DNA of 63,953 bases, filler included, from Sluysia triapertura (lineage: Eukaryota), in assembly GCA_046118255.1 (NCBI GenBank). It is 4 parts of 4 records of this genome, joined end to end, with 100 filler letters (N's around TTAATTAATTAA, not from the genome) between each part and the next. Parts side by side here need not be neighbours in the genome. Positions count along the whole stretch, not along the records: positions 52,116 to 63,953 come from JBJNIA010165036.1; 3 more parts are not named here. One strand, 5' to 3'. The notes under the pieces were generated by a model, which had not been told where the DNA came from, searched no databases, and was given only the letters and a program-made list of their open reading frames with translations. The stretch's first letter is position 1, and each line of letters starts with the position of its first letter. A program made the translations under genes and the position numbers. This document shows positions 53,550 to 63,953 of this stretch, one piece after another.

Positions 53550-54242
53550 CTGGGAATATTCAGCAACATAAATCAAAGATGAGAAGAAGAACATGCCGTT
53601 CATCAAAAGAAAGGCTAGCAGCACTAATTCCGGTATTGATTTCTTGATTGTCAGCATCAGAACTCGTAATCCTCTTGAAATCTTAGATATTTTGAATATT
53701 CGTAGAATTCTTAGTGCCTGGGACATGGATAGGACATTAAGAGTCCACAGAGTGGTGGCTCCAGTGGCCTTGTACGAGTTGGTACTTGAATTATCAGTCT
53801 GGTGAGAGAACAAGTATTGAGATGTATTTTTGATGTGCCCCAAAGCGGGTTGATGATAATAGAGGCAATAAAAAAATCCCGTGTAGAGCCAGTAGGCCGA
53901 CATGATAGTAACATCGAGGATTGCTATGGAACTGCGGAGAAATTTAGTTTTATATGGTGTTATGAGAAGTTTGAGAAGAAATTCCAGAAGGAATACCACG
54001 TTCAGTACCACATCCAAAAGGACGAGAGATGGTAGAGGTTCGGTGGTACAGTCTCTTGATAACTTGGGATTGAAGTGGCCCATTGAGCGGTTGTAAATGA
54101 GGGGATCCACACAAATTGTACTGTTGTGGTAGGAGATGAGGCGGGCTGCTGGTCGACGGAATGCTTCGTGAGTAGAGAGACAGAAACACATGAAGGAAGC
54201 TATCATCATTCCGAGAAGAGCAGCGGCCCAGATCTTGAGAGA
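53550..54242 (-). CDS. Voltage-gated K+ channel (Shaw/Kv3-like), S1-S5 exon, 5'-truncated by an N gap
   Basis: SFMCFCLSTHEAF (S1), VFLLEFLLKL (S2), ALRILRIFKISKISRGLRVL (S4), FFSSLIYVAE (S5); donor CAG|GTTAGT. Confidence 0.92.
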
Positions 54243-54428
54243 NNNNNNNNNNNNNNNNNNNNNNNNNNNNNNNNNNNNNNNNNNNNNNNNNNNNNNNNNN
54301 NNNNNNNNNNNNNNNNNNNNNNNNNNNNNNNNNNNNNNNNNNNNNNNNNNNNNNNNNNNNNNNNNNNNNNNNNNNNNNNNNNNNNNNNNNNNNNNNNNNN
54401 NNNNNNNNNNNNNNNNNNNNNNNNNNNN

Positions 54429-54621
54429 GTTGCTTTGAATCATTTGTTTGTTTATCAATCATCAAATTGTATAATTCTGCCTCTTTTTCTGTACAAAAAT
54501 CTGCAATTTCTTCTAGTTTGGACAAAATTCCGTTTTCCTGTACAAATATTCGATCTAATTCTTTTTTATGATTATTGAATTTGGATTCCAAATCTTGAAT
54601 ATTTCGTTTTAAACTAATAAC
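54429..54621 (-). CDS. Spectraplakin (MACF1/dystonin/Shot-like) spectrin-repeat exon, runs into an N gap
   Basis: Acceptor AAATAG|GTT, phase 0, continues the frame of the 54807 exon; helical spectrin-repeat-like sequence. Confidence 0.75.
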
Positions 54622-54635
54622 CTATTTAAAATACA

Positions 54636-54684
<49 letters not shown>

Positions 54685-54806
54685 CTTTCTTAAAAACATA
54701 AGACTACGAATCCTTTTAGTTAAAAGTGATGGGCCAACAACTACCAATTATATAATTTCCAGAACGTTATTAGCAAATAACAATTTTAAATAACAAATAA
54801 ACGAAC

Positions 54807-54972
54807 ATGAGTGGTTACATCAAACTTGACATTCTCATCCTGAACGGACTTTAAAAGTGAATCTGTTAACTCGGTAACATTAATAAATTGGTTTTGTAAT
54901 TGTTCAATGTCTTTCTTGAATGGTTCTAAAACCATTGTATCGATACAATCTGACATAGTACCGTTATTCAAT
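54807..54972 (-). CDS. Spectraplakin exon
   Basis: 166-bp AG/GT exon, phase 2-0, consistent with both neighbours. Confidence 0.78.
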
Positions 54973-55268
54973 CTAAAATAAAGATAACAATAACAGTTAC
55001 TGTTTAAGTATAGATTAATTATAATATTGATTATAATTATTGATGTTATTAATAGAAAATTATAATTTTGTTATAATTATAATATAAAATTATGTATATT
55101 ATATCTTCAAGGTCAAGAACGTCCTTCTTTCTGAATTATATATAGATTTCAAGTCCGAAGCTCTAATCAATAAAATATAATCGATCAATCTAAATGTACT
55201 TGATACTAAATAAGTGTGCTACTTCAGGATTCACTATTTAAGAAGGTTACGGAAACAGATGAAATAAT

Positions 55269-55770
55269 AATGTGGTGGCCAAATTATTACACTAAAGCAG
55301 GAAAAATAGGTTTTCTTTGGTTTACTTAATATTTGCTCATTATTGAATGTGTAATATACGAAATATTTTACATAATATACGAAATACCATGTATAATACA
55401 CAAAATGTGATATAAAATATAGCTATGTTATAAATAGCAAGAAATGAGAGATATTTGGTGAAACTTCATAAAGTTACCAGTATGACTTTGCAGAATTCAC
55501 GTTAGTGCCAGAACAGTCAAAAGGAGACTTCTAGACGACCCAGAGGATGACTGAAATCAAGTATGTTTTAGTGACGAGTCGTCCTTTCAAGTATTGGATG
55601 ACAAGACCTAATGAGGATTTTCGTCCTGATTAATATTGATTTTTTTCACAAAAATGGTCTTTAGTCTAATAATTTGGTAATCACTGTAATATCTGTCAAA
55701 TTTGGCTAAATTTATTGGATAATTGATATAAAACATTATTAGTTATTTCGCACTTAGTGTAAATAATAGA
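55269..55770 (+). mobile_element. Internally deleted Tc1-like transposon
   Basis: IHVSARTVKRRL and DD*NQVCFSDESSF motifs; left end GTGGTGGCCAAATTATTACACTA with a partial inverted match TAGTGTAAATAAT near 55755-55767. Boundaries approximate. Confidence 0.68.
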
Positions 55771-56321
55771 CAAAGTGAATGTTGTTTAGTAATTATAAGC
55801 TATTAAACTTTGAAGAACCTAATAATATCAATGTTATCACAGTTCTACACAATTAATTCGAATAAAAACCATTAATCTAATAATCGAATCCAATACATAT
55901 TGATTATTCCCTCAAGATAGCATTCGAACATGCAGACCTAACTCTGAGATCTTCACGCATAATGAATTAGTGAATAATCTTGAAGCATCTGATACTGTCA
56001 AGGAATATTCATTAAAATGTCATCATTGTGTGTATCATTAGATTGTTCAAATTTAATTTTACAAATTACTATTATTATTATCATTATTATTATTATTGGA
56101 AACCGAATGTGCTTTCTTGGTGTCCAAGAAATATGGCATGGCTACAAAATGAATACTGATACTCATTCACAAATTCTGGCAAAAAAACCAAATAATTTGA
56201 TCGTAGTACAATTCGAACTTAGTACAAAAACTTGCTGAAAAAAACAAAATCTTAGTATATATATGGGATCGTGGTGGCATCCAGACAATACAAAGTTGCC
56301 AAAATCATTCAAATTCTCGAT

Positions 56322-56645
56322 AGAGTACTGTAGCTAGCTTCTGACGGGCCTTGTGCAAGATATTAAATTCGGGCTCTCCTATAGCAATAAAAAAACAATT
56401 ACATTTGTAATGAACAGTATGCATGTTCAAAAAGTATATATAAAATAAAAACCAAACAGCAAATTCGTGGATTAGAAAACGATTATAAGAATATCGTCAG
56501 CATACACAAATCGGCCAGTCGGCTTTTGTGCTTTAATAAGAAGGTAAATTTATTTAATCGTTTAGATAAATGCACTGTTCTTTATGGGGGAACATTCGCC
56601 GATCTGGACCCTGTGCGGGTGTACTTACTGCACCTGGATTTGATC
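56322..56645 (+). repeat. Dispersed repeat, probably a non-autonomous DNA element (hAT-like), copy 1
   Basis: Shares TGTGCAAGATATTAAATTC and ATGTTCAAAAAGTATATATAAAATAAAAACCAAACAGCAAATTC with 62380-62600. Class is inferred. Confidence 0.65.
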
Positions 56646-57010
56646 GATGAAACAAATCGAATTGCATGTATGACTCAAGTTAGTCCATTTTATGATGTGT
56701 AATATTACTTCATCCTAAGTACCAAAATCAAGATAACATTGTTAACTATTAAAAATGAAAGTTGCAAAAATAAGTCTAGATAAAACTATACTGAAATAAC
56801 GAAAACGTGTCAGATATTCTGAAACAGTAGTACAAATACAGTACTTTTCTGAATGAAAGGATTAAATAATCAAACAAGCTTAATTTTTAATAAAGTAATA
56901 AATATTAAAAAATAATAAAATTAATAATAATATAAAAAAGTAATAAGTAATAATAAGTATAAAGTAATAAAGTTATAAACCTATATAAAAACAAAGACAT
57001 TATGACTAAC

Positions 57011-57312
57011 TTCGCATTAAGTGCATCTTGAATTTCAACAATTTTTTCTGAAATACCCGAAATTTGTTTGTACAAATCTTTACTGGGACCCATTACTTCA
57101 ATAATAGTACTTTCACGTTCTCGTAAAATATCCATAATATGACATATTCGCGAAACGAATACACTCAAACTATCCCTTACATCAATTTCAATCGAATCTT
57201 GATTATTGTTTTCATCTTCATTCGATTGTTGTTGTATAATAGCATTACCTAATGCTTTCAATTCTTTCAATTCATGATTTATTTCGTCGATGTCTTCTCG
57301 AATAGTTTGAAT
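57011..57312 (-). CDS. Spectraplakin exon
   Basis: 302-bp AG/GT exon, phase 0-2: IQTIREDIDEINHELKELKALGNAII... Confidence 0.8.
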
Positions 57313-58957
57313 CTGAAAATTTACCATTATTAATTAATTATAATAGAATGGATATTTAAGCATTTTTGAGTAAATAAAGCTTCGGATTTTCAAGTAAAAA
57401 TCAATATTAATTGAGAAAAATTAAAGAATTCTCTAGTTACATTGTTTCAGAAATTAATAGGCACACATGAATCAAATTTTGAATAACATAATGCTAAGTA
57501 TCTAAATCGATTTCAACAAAACTAACTAAACGATCAATCACATTTGCAGAACATCTAAGGGACGAGCTAATCAATAAACAGTAACTTAAAATGTCACATG
57601 ATTAAAAAAGTCCGTGCAAAAAAGGTTAACTCATTAAGGTCCACTCTCTAGTACAACTGGACTTATTTCACTGTATAACGTTAAATTTAACTGTATTATC
57701 AATAATAATTTTTATGATATTAAGGACAACTGAATTACAAACATTAAACTTAATTTCAACAAGATTAAAAATATTTTTACCGAACAGTAAAAACAAATTA
57801 AACAATGTGTATAGAAAACGTTGCATTATATACAACCGCATTAGTCATCTTTTGCACTGACGAACATGTAATAGATAAGCCATTGCGACATTCTTGAATA
57901 CTAGTTTGCCCAAAATATGAATAATTTCTTCTATACCCAGATGAACAGAGATTTAAATATTCAAAGTATTGATATGATAAATATTAATATAGCCATTAGG
58001 GATATAAAACTGCAGCAAGTAATTTTTAGATTCAACATTATATGCATTAACAGTATCGATTAAATTTTTGTTTTATTTAAAAATTTAAATTTATTAACTT
58101 TATAATTTAATCAACTTTAATTTATAATTTATTTATTTATTATTAATATTATTAATTTTTTAAATTGTATATTTTGTTTTTATAATTGCAGGTAATTCAG
58201 TAAATGAACTGATAACATTATATCAGTATTAACATTTGATATATTCCTGTCTTGTGCAGGTACAGTAATTGAGTCTGGTCCATTTTCTTCTGCATTTATT
58301 GTAACCTTGTCTATTTCAGCATCTTTAGAATGGGTGATAAACCATCTTCTCCTTTTGGACTAGGATCTATTATTGAACCAGGTAGTGAATCTGATGAAAT
58401 ACAAGCTTTTAAATCTTGCTCTTGTTTATTTACTCGACATGATTGGAGTTTTTGTGTGATTTCAAATTATCATTATGTTTCCTGTCCACTCGAATTTCAC
58501 GGAAATTTAACGTGAATTCTTGATCTACCTCTTATTTCCATCATCATTTCTATTATATTTGCTTCTGGTAGCTATTCGTTCTGAATTAGTGTGCTACGTT
58601 TTACGAGACTGTTGAATGGCTTTAGCACTATTTATATCCACTGCAATATCACTAAATTGTGACATCGATGCTTAAGAAAGTCTTTTACAAAACGAGAATT
58701 TGTGTACATATAATCTATATGTTGCCTACACTACAATTTTCACACTGTACCATTCGTTTATCATCGTAATTAAATCTGCAGCAAGTTCATCAAGAAATTC
58801 GGAAGTTAGAAAGCTACTAGCTTAATTTGCCTTGAAATTGGACTGATATTAAAAATGATCAAAATATAACGAAAATGGAAAGTAATTGTGACAAAAAATG
58901 TTAATACGACAATTATAAAATTAGAATTATAACAGAATTATTGGTTTAATATGATTA

Positions 58958-59024
<67 letters not shown>

Positions 59025-59423
59025 GCGATGTGAAAATTATTATGAGAGAAATTATTAGTGTGACAGTAATTATAACAATAATTGTAAATTTATGGGATTT
59101 ATAATTTATGATTGTGTTTTGAATGAATCGAGTAATTTGTTTAGCATTTCATTTATGTATGAAGTGTCGATTTGTGATGAAATGTTTGTGATTGTGATGT
59201 GTAGATGTGGAGTTCACTACACACTGGCATACACATTCATTATAATTGTTTTTCTTTCCATTTTTTCGTTCTAAAAATTAACATTGATTTACCATGAAAT
59301 CAATAAACTGTAAAGGATTTGTTTATTTGTCAAAAAATAGTGTAAAAAGCATTATTTATATTAAGTATTAAATAATTAATATAATTAACAATTAATTATT
59401 GGGTTAATTATAAAAAAACTGAC

Positions 59424-59745
59424 CTGCAACAACTGACTACTAGCATATGATTCAGAAGCAGCAACTGGACCGAGAACGTTAATCATGCGTTGTTTGCTAA
59501 TTAATTTTGAATCGATTTGTTTCTTAAGATCTGCAAATTTCTCACGCATCTTTTCCACACTCTTATGTTTATTCATTTGTTCTTTAATCATATTTTTTAG
59601 ACTGCTATATTTCGTGTCTAATCGACGAAGATCTTCTTTTATTTTCAATGTACCTTCATCGAGTTCTCGATTTTTCAATAATTTATTCGTTTCGTTGTGT
59701 AGTGAATGTAGTTCTGGCTTCATAGAACGTAATTCATTTTCAGCT
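59424..59745 (-). CDS. Spectraplakin exon
   Basis: 322-bp exon, phase 2-0; KQRMINVLGPVAAS resembles the 'M.SVLGPL' repeat of MACF1/dystonin. Confidence 0.82.
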
Positions 59746-59757
59746 CTAAATATAATG

Positions 59758-59797
<40 letters not shown>

Positions 59798-60013
59798 ATT
59801 ATTACAGAAATGAAAAGGAAAACCAAATAATACTTTACTAATTCAGTTTTTATAAAACAGTCTGAAAATATTGAGTACATTGCATGAGTGAAACTCATCA
59901 TCGATATTAATAACAGATGACGAGTCTGTATGCATGGTGTTTTTCTTGGTGCCCGTGTAACAATTGACGAACGAAAATAAATTTGTTTCAATATGTTTAC
60001 ATTTTTATTTTTG

Positions 60014-60322
60014 GGATATTTGCCGGAAAATATTCCTCCTACGAAAAGAAGCCGCATTTGTTACCACCATAACATAAGAAAAGAGACTACCTGGCAATAC
60101 AAACAATGCAAAGTACCTTTTGCATCTACTGTTCAAAATTATTAAAATTTAACTTATGTTTGTTTATCTTAATCAATCTTGTATTATTCATTTACTTGTT
60201 TACTGAATAAAATTATATTTTCGTTATGTTTATAAAATAAATGTATTCATCATGATATTACAGTAAAATTAAATGCGTTCAATATGTTAAAAACGTTCAA
60301 ATAAATCAGGACACTCAAAGGG
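60014..60322 (+). mobile_element. piggyBac relic (C-terminal cysteine-rich domain and right end)
   Basis: GYLPENIPPTKRSRICYHHNIRKETTWQYKQCKVP resembles the piggyBac CRD; ends ...CACTCAAAGGG|TTAA. Confidence 0.7.
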
Positions 60323-60471
60323 TTAACTATTTCATGTACTGTCAAGTCTTATATATCCCTATTAGATAGAATTATTCTTATTGGTCAGTTACATAGGATT
60401 CTTGTGATCCAGAAAAATAATGGTGAAAAATCGTGAAAAAACAATAAATCATATAATTAAAATTGATCTAC

Positions 60472-60721
60472 CTTATTAATTTCGGAGAATCACATAATTT
60501 CTGATTATTCAAATCTTGCGACGAATCTGTTGCGTCTGATAAAACAACTACTTGAGTCATTAAGTTATCGAGTTTATTGTTTAAACTCGACACATTTTCA
60601 TCGTAAATCTGTTTATCTAACAGTAATTTGTTAGCATCATTACAACGATTCTTAAAACGATCACCAATAATCGAATAACGATACTTTAAATCATTGATGG
60701 ATTGAAAAATGTGAGAATTTT
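60472..60721 (-). CDS. Spectraplakin exon
   Basis: 250-bp exon, phase 1-2: NSHIFQSINDLKYRYSIIGDRFKNRC... Confidence 0.8.
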
Positions 60722-60776
60722 CTGTTAAATATAAATTAATATTAAATAATGCTAAATAATTTAGAAGAAAAATTAC

Positions 60777-60878
60777 CTTGTACATATACATAGTCTGCTG
60801 ATGATATACCGCTAGATTCACTATCAGAAAATTGCCTGGAAGCACTGCGTGGCACATTCGATTGACGAGAAGATAAAA
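60777..60878 (-). CDS. Spectraplakin Ser-rich linker exon
   Basis: 102-bp TTTAG|...|GTAATT exon, phase 1-1, open: LSSRQSNVPRSASRQFSDSESSGISSADYVYVQ. Not shown in this frame in the ORF track. Confidence 0.75.
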
Positions 60879-60885
60879 CTAAATC

Positions 60886-60942
<57 letters not shown>

Positions 60943-60946
60943 TTAC

Positions 60947-61439
60947 TTTTGTACTTCTTCTCTGTACTTAGAGCTTGCCATGATTCATCTTGCGTTATTA
61001 TTTCAACATTATTATTTAGATGTAGAGATGGAAGCATAAACTCTTCATACTCTACCGCCAGCTGTGTATAGCGACCAATCCAATTTTGTAATTCACCATT
61101 CTTCCATTCTTCTATTATATCATTAACATCATTTAAGTGTGTCCTCAGAAGTTGTGTTTCTAATGGCAACGGTGTTGTTTCTACTAAAAATCGTTCCCAA
61201 TTAGAAATGCGAGATGTAATTTGTGATTCTAATTGATTACATGAATCAGCCAATTGATTTCTCTGAGTGATTTCATTGGATCGTTTATTAAGTAATTGCT
61301 GTAAATGATTTTGTTGGATGTGCACATGTTCAAGGTTATTCACAAGATCTGTTGAATCTTCATAATTTCCATTAGCAACCAAAGTTTCATAAATTGATTT
61401 CATTTTTGTAATAAATTCCATTTGTCGGGCTACATCATC
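60947..61439 (-). CDS. Spectraplakin exon
   Basis: 493-bp exon, phase 0-1; WERFLVETTPLPLETQLLRTHLND is a spectrin-repeat pattern. Confidence 0.82.
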
Positions 61440-61594
61440 CTAAATGATGAACATAATATAAAATAATCAGATAGAATAATTCATCTGATTGGTCGAGACA
61501 ACTAAACCTTGAATTTATTGAAAAACGATTTCTAGAGGATTAAGCACTACATTGCAGGACATTTTCTAAGAAAAATTAACAAAGAATAGGAACA

Positions 61595-61714
61595 ATGACT
61601 ACTAGAACTACTAGAACTACTACTGCTGCTACTAGTACTAGTCATGCTACTAGTAATACTACTACTACTACTGCCACTACTCCTACTACTATTACTACTA
61701 CTGCTACTAGTATT
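61595..61714. repeat. Degenerate (ACT)n trinucleotide array ending at an N gap
   Basis: ACT/GCT/AGT run; source of the spurious poly-T and poly-L ORFs. Confidence 0.85.
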
Positions 61715-62013
61715 NNNNNNNNNNNNNNNNNNNNNNNNNNNNNNNNNNNNNNNNNNNNNNNNNNNNNNNNNNNNNNNNNNNNNNNNNNNNNNNNNNNNNN
61801 NNNNNNNNNNNNNNNNNNNNNNNNNNNNNNNNNNNNNNNNNNNNNNNNNNNNNNNNNNNNNNNNNNNNNNNNNNNNNNNNNNNNNNNNCTAATTAAATTA
61901 AATTTAAAATTATGTCGAGTTTTTCAATAATTTGCTTTTCTGTTCTTTCAATCACCAGAGTTAACTTCGATCGTGTAAACTCTGAATTACTAAAGTAATA
62001 TAAAGAAACTAAC

Positions 62014-62209
62014 ATTTATAGATACGATTTTCGCCTTCAGTGTATCATTATCATCAATTTTTAGAAATGAATTATCCGATAAATTTAATGTATGATGTCG
62101 AAAACAATCTGAAATTGATTTAAAAAGTGAATTGAATTCATCGAATTGTTCCTGTGACCTTAAAATATCCTCCAGATAAGTCAAAGTACTTGAGGATATA
62201 TTTTCCAAT
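62014..62209 (-). CDS. Spectraplakin exon (most 5' exon found)
   Basis: 196-bp TTCAG|...|GTTAGT exon, phase 2-0, joins 61439 in frame. Confidence 0.75.
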
Positions 62210-62379
62210 CTGAATTAAAAATAGTTTCATCATCTACTTTTTATGACATATTTTGCTATTTCATTTTAATTGAATCAATTTGTTGGTGGTTTTGTCGTAA
62301 TGGAATGAAGCTCCATTATCGGTTCCACAATTGATTGTAAGTGCATATAAAGAAGTGATGTGCTTGATGCTGGAGAATC

Positions 62380-62600
62380 CAGAGGTGTAACTAGCCTTTG
62401 ATGGACCCTGTGCAAGATATTAAATTCTGGCCTCCTACAGCACCAAAAAAATTATATATATATATATATATTATATTTGTAACGAACAGTAATTATGTTC
62501 AAAAAGTATATATAAAATAAAAACCAAACAGCAAATTCATGACGAATATTGTCAGCGCACATAAATTTTCGGCAGGTGCACGTATTCATTCGTCGGTCCT
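62380..62600 (+). repeat. Dispersed repeat, copy 2
   Basis: Direct-orientation homologue of 56322-56645, with an internal (TA)n expansion. Confidence 0.65.
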
Positions 62601-63881
62601 TCTAACGTTGTCAAGATTCTACTATAATCTTGCAAAATAAGGTTGTTTTTATGATTGTCGATAAATTCTGTTAAACATATATATATTTCCCCGAAAATGA
62701 GACCTAGCGTGATGTTTTAGACCTACCCCTAAAATAAGCCGATTAGGATACCTATTAAAAGTCAATGAATGGCTTGAGACGGAGTTCAATGCATCATTTA
62801 ACATATACTTTTATATTTAAAGTATATACTTTTATTTCAATTACAATACATTCTGAGATACTTTCATTGTCAAAGCATTCTGGTTCACTTTCTAAGTATA
62901 ACAAGATTCTGATTGTGAATCACTTTCAGACAATCCTCCAAGTAAGATTTTATTAGCAATTATCTAAGCACTTCTCCTTTGCCGCACAATATCTATGAGA
63001 ATGACTTAAAATAATGAAAATCAGTTAAATTAAGAATGGTCATTGCGGTAGAACCACGTTCGAAGGATTTATAGTTAGTGTTTTTAAACATAAAACGTGT
63101 TATTTATTAGTAAATGTAGATCGGTATTCATATTTTTTGGTAAATTTAGAAATTTTATAATTCTCTCTACTTTGTAACTTTGTATTTCGACAGAAGAAAA
63201 TAAGACAACCCCAAAAAAATTAATATAAGCCTTATCTTATTTTTGATGAAACCTGATATATAAAGAAAATAATGCACACTGTATTGCACTTACTTTAAAA
63301 GTTATAATGAATCAGAAAACTCAAAAATAGTCACATAAAAATCAGAAATTAAAAAGCAATTGTTCGCTAAAAATGAATATTAACTTGTAAGGGGAATATA
63401 ATGGAATAAAGTACGTGGTTGGAATTAGAATCAACTGAAATGTAGAAAATAAGTACATGATCGAATACATGAAAAAATGTTGAATTAAATAGATGTTGAT
63501 TATAATGAGGATGCTAATATAATGGATATTGAATAATTATTGGCTATAAACTGTTTAAACAAAACAATATACAAGTAAAAACATATTGTGCCGCACCACA
63601 CCTTTACTTTAAGAAAAACCAATGTTCAACGATCCTTCTGTCCATCCATGCTCCTTTTTGATTATAGTAGTCATCAGGAAAATTCTTTATTTCTATTACT
63701 TTTTGCATTTTCTAAATATTATCCACAGATAATTGGGAGTTTACTGTATATAAATTGAATAATTAATAAATTGTTGTAAACAAAACAATATACAAGTAAA
63801 AGAATTTGGTGAAAATACAATAAGGATTAGAAATTATTTTAACTATTCGGGAGTATTCCAAACTGGCATGACTAGAAATAC

Positions 63882-63946
<65 letters not shown>

Positions 63947-63953
63947 GTTGTTG

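Noticed and set aside
53541-54591. ORFs spanning the N gap that suggest a spectraplakin-Kv fusion
   Set aside because: Open only because N codons translate as X.
1-63953. CRISPR array, rRNA, intact tRNA, hammerhead ribozyme
   Set aside because: No repeat-spacer periodicity, rRNA signature, full cloverleaf or complete CUGAUGA...GAAA core was seen by eye; a covariance-model scan was not possible.

Overview
Very AT-rich, intron-containing animal genomic DNA with many (AAT)n microsatellites. It is most likely a triclad flatworm (planarian); this is inferred from composition and gene divergence and is not proven. The window is a patchwork of contigs: three artificial 100-bp joins (44N-TTAATTAATTAA-44N) plus two ordinary N gaps. 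Genes read by eye with phase-consistent splice sites are: a partial alpha7-like but non-alpha nicotinic acetylcholine receptor subunit (minus, 4 exons); a complete 4-exon MED12 (plus, about 2103 aa); the 3' part of an SLC9/NHE Na+/H+ exchanger (minus); a partial Shaw/Kv3-like K+ channel with a non-canonical S6 gate (minus); and 8 internal exons of a spectraplakin (MACF1/dystonin/Shot-like; minus). Introns carry relics of Merlin, piggyBac, mariner, Tc1, LTR and SINE/LINE elements. The most unusual part is the contig 39522-52015. It has no intact gene but holds a dense, co-oriented (all + strand) run of decayed, intronless fragments of unrelated host genes: PP1 phosphatase, cyclin, Wee1-like kinase, TMEM161 fused directly to amidophosphoribosyltransferase, a Dpy-30 motif and possibly a TGF-beta ligand, mixed with transposon relics. 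This suggests a uni-strand piRNA-cluster-like trap or a gene-capturing mobile element. All homology calls come from remembered family motifs; no database search was run.
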